A stretch of 62,613 bases of DNA, counting the filler. It is 5 parts of 5 records of this genome, joined end to end, with 100 filler letters (N's around TTAATTAATTAA, not from the genome) between each part and the next. Parts side by side here need not be neighbours in the genome. Positions count along the whole stretch, not along the records: positions 57,522 to 62,613 come from SRR31156797_5855; 4 more parts are not named here. The stretch is one strand, 5' to 3'. Under the pieces are notes generated by a model that worked only from the letters and a program-made list of their open reading frames with translations, was not told the DNA's origin and did no database searches. Shown in pieces: positions 58,846-62,613 of the stretch; positions within the stretch are counted from its first letter, which is position 1, and each line of letters opens with the position of its first letter. The position numbers were made by a program, and so were the translations under genes.

Positions 58846-60957
58846 ATGAAAATTAGATTGTCTCTATTAACTTCAATTTTATTAGGTACTTCACTTTTAG
58901 CAAATCAAACAGTAGAGTTAGAAAAAGTATCTGTAACAGCTACAAAAGTTGCAACTGCATCAAAGGATGTATCTCAATCAATTGCAATTGTTGATGAAAA
59001 AGAAATCCAAGATAAAAATATTTTAAATATTCAAGAGGCTATTGGTCATATTCCAGGTATTCAAGCTGAGTCTTCAAGTAATTCACAAAATCCAAGATTA
59101 ATTATAAGAGGGGCTGGTCTTAAAGCAAGATATGGAGTAAGAGAAATCATGGTTATGAAAGATGGTGTGCCTATGACTGACCCTGATTCATTTACTAGAT
59201 TTGATTATATTGATATGCAAGATGTAGAGGCAATTGAGGTTCAAAAAGGACCAGGTTCTATTAATGCTTCAAATACAACAGGTGGAGTTATTCAGCTAAT
59301 TACTAAGTCTGTATTTAAAGAAGATAAAAACAGTATAAAAATAGGTGCAGGAAATGATAATCAAAGAAATACTAATTTTAAATATAGAACAGCTATTGAT
59401 GATTCTAATTTTATGTCTTTTTCTTTCTCTTCAAGAAAAAATGATAATGATTGGAGAGAAAACAATGATTTTGATTCTACACAAGGAAGTTTAAAATATG
59501 GACATATTTTTGATGATGAATCAACATTAGAAACAGAACTTGCATATACTGAATCAAATGTAAACCTTCCTTCTTCTATGACTTTAGAAGAGTTTAAAGA
59601 GTTTAAAGCAAGTGGAACACAAGAAGATACTAGTAGTCAATGGCAACATAGTGCAAGGGATTCTAAAATCTTATCATTAAATGCTAAGTATGAAAAAGAA
59701 GTAGGAAATATTACATATAAACCAAGGTTTTATTATAACAAATGGGAGCATTTCCACCCTGTAACTGGAATGATAAATGATAGTGATGATAATCAAGTTT
59801 ATGGTACAGATTTAGAACTTAACTTTAATCATTCTCTTTTTTCAAATGATGCTATGTTAGTAGCAGGGCTTACTGCTAAAAGAGATATTACAAAAGACTC
59901 AAAAAAATATACTTATGAAGACTATGAAACAAAAAATGCAACAGGATGGCCTTTTACTCCTTATATAAGTAGAACCTTATCAAAAGATAAAGGTGATTTA
60001 GCTTCTACTGAAGATAGTGATACAAAGCTTTATGGTATCTATTTAATGGAGACATTTAAACCAATAGAAGATTTAGCTATTGATATTAGTGCAAGAGTTG
60101 ATAAATTAAAGTTTGATATTTCTGGAAATGAATTAATTAAATATGACTATAGTAAATCAAACTATGATACAGGAAAAGGTGAATATTCTTTACAAAAAGA
60201 TTTCACTTTATCTTCTGCAAAATTAGGCTTAAACTATAGATTAACAGATTTCACAAATATTTATACTTCTATTTCAAAAGCAAATCAGGCACCAACAGGA
60301 AGTGAGCTAGAAAGTGCTAGTGATGATGGAATTGATTTAGAAAAAACAAATAGTATTAACTATGAAATAGGTTTAAAATCAAGAACAAATACATATGCTT
60401 ATGATATGGCTTTATATCAAAACAATGTAGAAGATGAAATCATTCAAGTAAAAAATGCAAATGGACAGACTGTTTATAGTAATGCCGGTGAAACAAAAAA
60501 GATTGGTTTTGAAGTAAGTGGTATTTACAATATCAATAAATATCTATCTTTTGGTGCAAACTATGCTTATAGTAAATTCAAGTTTAAAACTTTTGAAGAG
60601 CAAGTAAGAGGTGTGTCTGAGTCAAGGGATGGAAATATCTTACCATATATCCCAAAACACCAATATTCATTATTTACAACTCTTAATTTTGACAATGGTT
60701 TAAAAGCAAGATTAAGTACTAAAACTTGGGGAAGTTATTACATGGATAATGCAAATACTCAAAAATATGAAGGCTATAAATTTGTAACAGACTTAATGGT
60801 AGGTTATGAGAAAAAAGATCATTCAATCCAGTTAAATATCAAGAACTTAACAAACAAATATTATGCAATGGAAGCTAGTAAAGATGTTTATGGAAATGAA
60901 ACATATAAAGCAGCAGCTCCAAGAAGTTTCATGTTAACTTATGCTTATAAATTTTAG
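58846..60957 (+). CDS. TonB-dependent outer membrane receptor
   Basis: Signal peptide, TonB box (EKVSVTATK), plug (IRG..DGVP..IEVQKGP..GGVI), NLTNK.Y, C-terminal YKF. Confidence 0.93.
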   Translation: MKIRLSLLTSILLGTSLLANQTVELEKVSVTATKVATASKDVSQSIAIVDEKEIQDKNILNIQEAIGHIPGIQAESSSNSQNPRLIIRGAGLKARYGVREIMVMKDGVPMTDPDSFTRFDYIDMQDVEAIEVQKGPGSINASNTTGGVIQLITKSVFKEDKNSIKIGAGNDNQRNTNFKYRTAIDDSNFMSFSFSSRKNDNDWRENNDFDSTQGSLKYGHIFDDESTLETELAYTESNVNLPSSMTLEEFKEFKASGTQEDTSSQWQHSARDSKILSLNAKYEKEVGNITYKPRFYYNKWEHFHPVTGMINDSDDNQVYGTDLELNFNHSLFSNDAMLVAGLTAKRDITKDSKKYTYEDYETKNATGWPFTPYISRTLSKDKGDLASTEDSDTKLYGIYLMETFKPIEDLAIDISARVDKLKFDISGNELIKYDYSKSNYDTGKGEYSLQKDFTLSSAKLGLNYRLTDFTNIYTSISKANQAPTGSELESASDDGIDLEKTNSINYEIGLKSRTNTYAYDMALYQNNVEDEIIQVKNANGQTVYSNAGETKKIGFEVSGIYNINKYLSFGANYAYSKFKFKTFEEQVRGVSESRDGNILPYIPKHQYSLFTTLNFDNGLKARLSTKTWGSYYMDNANTQKYEGYKFVTDLMVGYEKKDHSIQLNIKNLTNKYYAMEASKDVYGNETYKAAAPRSFMLTYAYKF

Positions 60958-60966
60958 GAATAATAA

Positions 60967-62451
60967 ATGGTAGATAAAATCAATAGAGATAAAAATGATA
61001 TCTATGGTATGCCAATTTTAGGGTTTTTATTTAAAAACCCTAAGTTCTTACTTACTTTAAAACTATCAGTTTTTGCACTATTTTTATATGCAATGACTTA
61101 TGGTTTTATAAATACGGCTTCTGAAAATGTGTTTACTAAAGGAGTTTTTTGGAATCTATTTTGGCCATTTTTTATGGTTATAACTTTAGGAACATTAGGA
61201 AGAGTATTCTGTGGAATTTGTCCCCATGGTTTTATGGGGAAATATATCACAAAGTTTGGATTAAATAAAAAAATGCCAAAGTTTTTAGCTAATCCTTTTA
61301 TAGGTCTATTAGTTCTATTTTTTGCTTGGTGGTTAGTATATTATATGTACCCATCTTTTTATAAAACACCACTAGCTACTGCTTTAGTTTTTTTAGTTTT
61401 AACTATTGTTGCAATGATTATTTTTTTTGTTTTTGAAAAGATGTCTTATTGTAAATCTTTTTGTCCTATTGGAGCTGTTACAAATGCTTTTTCTAAAGTA
61501 GGTTTTACAAAGCTAGAAACATATAAAGATGCTTGTAGTTCATGTAAAACATTCGATTGTGCAAAGGCCTGCTCTTATGATTTAAAACCATTTACTTTCC
61601 AAAAGAAAAACTCAATGGCAGATTGTACTTTATGTATGGATTGTAGTAGTTCTTGTGAAGCAGTTGCTTTTAAAGTTACAAAACCTTCATCTTCTTTACT
61701 TAAAAAATTTAAGCCAAGAAAATCAGATGTTTGGGCATTGATTCTTTTAACTGGTGCTATTTCTATTACTATGGGCTTTCATCATGCTTTAGGAAGAAGT
61801 GCAATTGTTGAAGAGTTTATTTGGACTAAAACAGCAAGATATTTTGAGAGTTTTATTAACTTTGGAACTATTGATACAATAGGTCTATTTGCTTTTTCTT
61901 ATGCAATTGCTTTTGTACTAATGGCAAGTGTAGGAGGAATGTTTATTGCTTCAAAGATTTTAAAAGTTGACCATGAAAAAACTTTTTATACTTTAGGTTA
62001 TGCTTTTGCTCCTTTATTTATCATTGGTGGATTATCTCATGTTGTTGAGTTTTTCTTTTTACATTATGCTTCAAATATAGTAAATGGCTTTATTCAAGCC
62101 TTTTCTTTAAATTTTAATTATATGGAACCACTTGCTACAAGAAGGGACTCTTGGCTACATATATTCAAAATGTTTAATCATCTTGCATATATTTGGGCAT
62201 TTATTATTATGATTGCTAGAATCAAACTTCTAGATTCAACAAAACTTAGAAAAGTACTTGCATATCCTTTTGCTTCAGCACTTATAATTTTTTATATGGG
62301 ATTAAATTTTTACACAGGTTATGTATTTAAAACATATGGAGCTCAAAAAAGAGGAGGGCACAATCATATGCAACATCAAAAGCAAACAAACAATCACTCT
62401 TCTTTAAACATCGTGATAATAAAACAAGAAAACAAGGGGATAGACTTATGA
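60967..62451 (+). CDS. Polytopic 4Fe-4S membrane protein (NapH/CcoG/YccM-like) with His-rich tail
   Basis: GRVFCGICPHG, YCKSFCPIG, CSSCKTFDCAKAC, CTLCMDCSSSC; ~10 TM helices; HNHMQH tail. Confidence 0.85.
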   Translation: MVDKINRDKNDIYGMPILGFLFKNPKFLLTLKLSVFALFLYAMTYGFINTASENVFTKGVFWNLFWPFFMVITLGTLGRVFCGICPHGFMGKYITKFGLNKKMPKFLANPFIGLLVLFFAWWLVYYMYPSFYKTPLATALVFLVLTIVAMIIFFVFEKMSYCKSFCPIGAVTNAFSKVGFTKLETYKDACSSCKTFDCAKACSYDLKPFTFQKKNSMADCTLCMDCSSSCEAVAFKVTKPSSSLLKKFKPRKSDVWALILLTGAISITMGFHHALGRSAIVEEFIWTKTARYFESFINFGTIDTIGLFAFSYAIAFVLMASVGGMFIASKILKVDHEKTFYTLGYAFAPLFIIGGLSHVVEFFFLHYASNIVNGFIQAFSLNFNYMEPLATRRDSWLHIFKMFNHLAYIWAFIIMIARIKLLDSTKLRKVLAYPFASALIIFYMGLNFYTGYVFKTYGAQKRGGHNHMQHQKQTNNHSSLNIVIIKQENKGIDL

Positions 62452-62613
62452 ATATCGAACTATTAAAAAATCTAGTTGATTATGGTGTTATTGCTTTACT
62501 TGTACTTATGAGTTTTATTGCAGTTATGTTTTTTATAGAAAGAGTTCTTTTTTATAGAAAACTTGATGTAAAAAAATATGAATCAAAAAAGAAATTAGAA
62601 GTAGCCTTGACAA
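62448..62613 (+). CDS. exbB: TonB-system energizer ExbB (3'-truncated)
   Basis: VDYGVI.LL..MS.IA....IER..FY as in epsilonproteobacterial ExbB; ATGA overlap. Confidence 0.75.
   Translation, partial: MNIELLKNLVDYGVIALLVLMSFIAVMFFIERVLFYRKLDVKKYESKKKLEVALT

Overview
The window is not one locus. It is five unrelated contigs joined by artificial 100-bp spacers (N44-TTAATTAATTAA-N44) at 22407-22506, 40030-40129, 51260-51359 and 57422-57521. Taxonomic assignments are inferred from composition, promoter style and gene families. (1) 1-22406, moderately GC-rich, Desulfobacterota-like: an SH3/M48 pair, then a sigma54-controlled catabolic cluster (PAS-bEBP, flavoprotein-ferredoxin fusion, divergent 2-oxoacid:ferredoxin oxidoreductase alpha/beta/gamma, SauT-like CoA ligase, TctABC), EamA, nadE, two cNMP-binding proteins, queDEC, an orphan dctP and purQ/purL. 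(2) 22507-40029, AT-rich Bacteroidota: two-component genes, TPR protein plus PIF1-like helicase, a degenerate SpoIID, a helical hypothetical preceded by ~21-bp periodic repeats, a Crp/Fnr-rhodanese-CoADR sulfur module and a REP-like hairpin cluster. (3) 40130-51259, Bacteroidota: methylmalonyl-CoA mutase, mpl, a TPR histidine kinase lacking its phospho-His, a CoA transferase, oxyR with a divergent candidate sRNA, and a partial tRNA-Glu. (4) 51360-57421, Clostridia-like: YtrA/ABC operon, TipA-like MerR, rfbB, rhodanese, reverse rubrerythrin. (5) 57522-62613, Arcobacter-like: two-component system, TonB receptor, polyferredoxin membrane protein, exbB. Best candidates for undescribed biology: a putative organosulfonate (sulfoacetyl-CoA/sulfopyruvate) OFOR pathway, an OxyS-analogous sRNA divergent from a Bacteroidota oxyR, the 21-bp-periodic array with its helical protein, and a His-less TPR pseudokinase. 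All homology calls are from motif recognition by eye; no searches were run.
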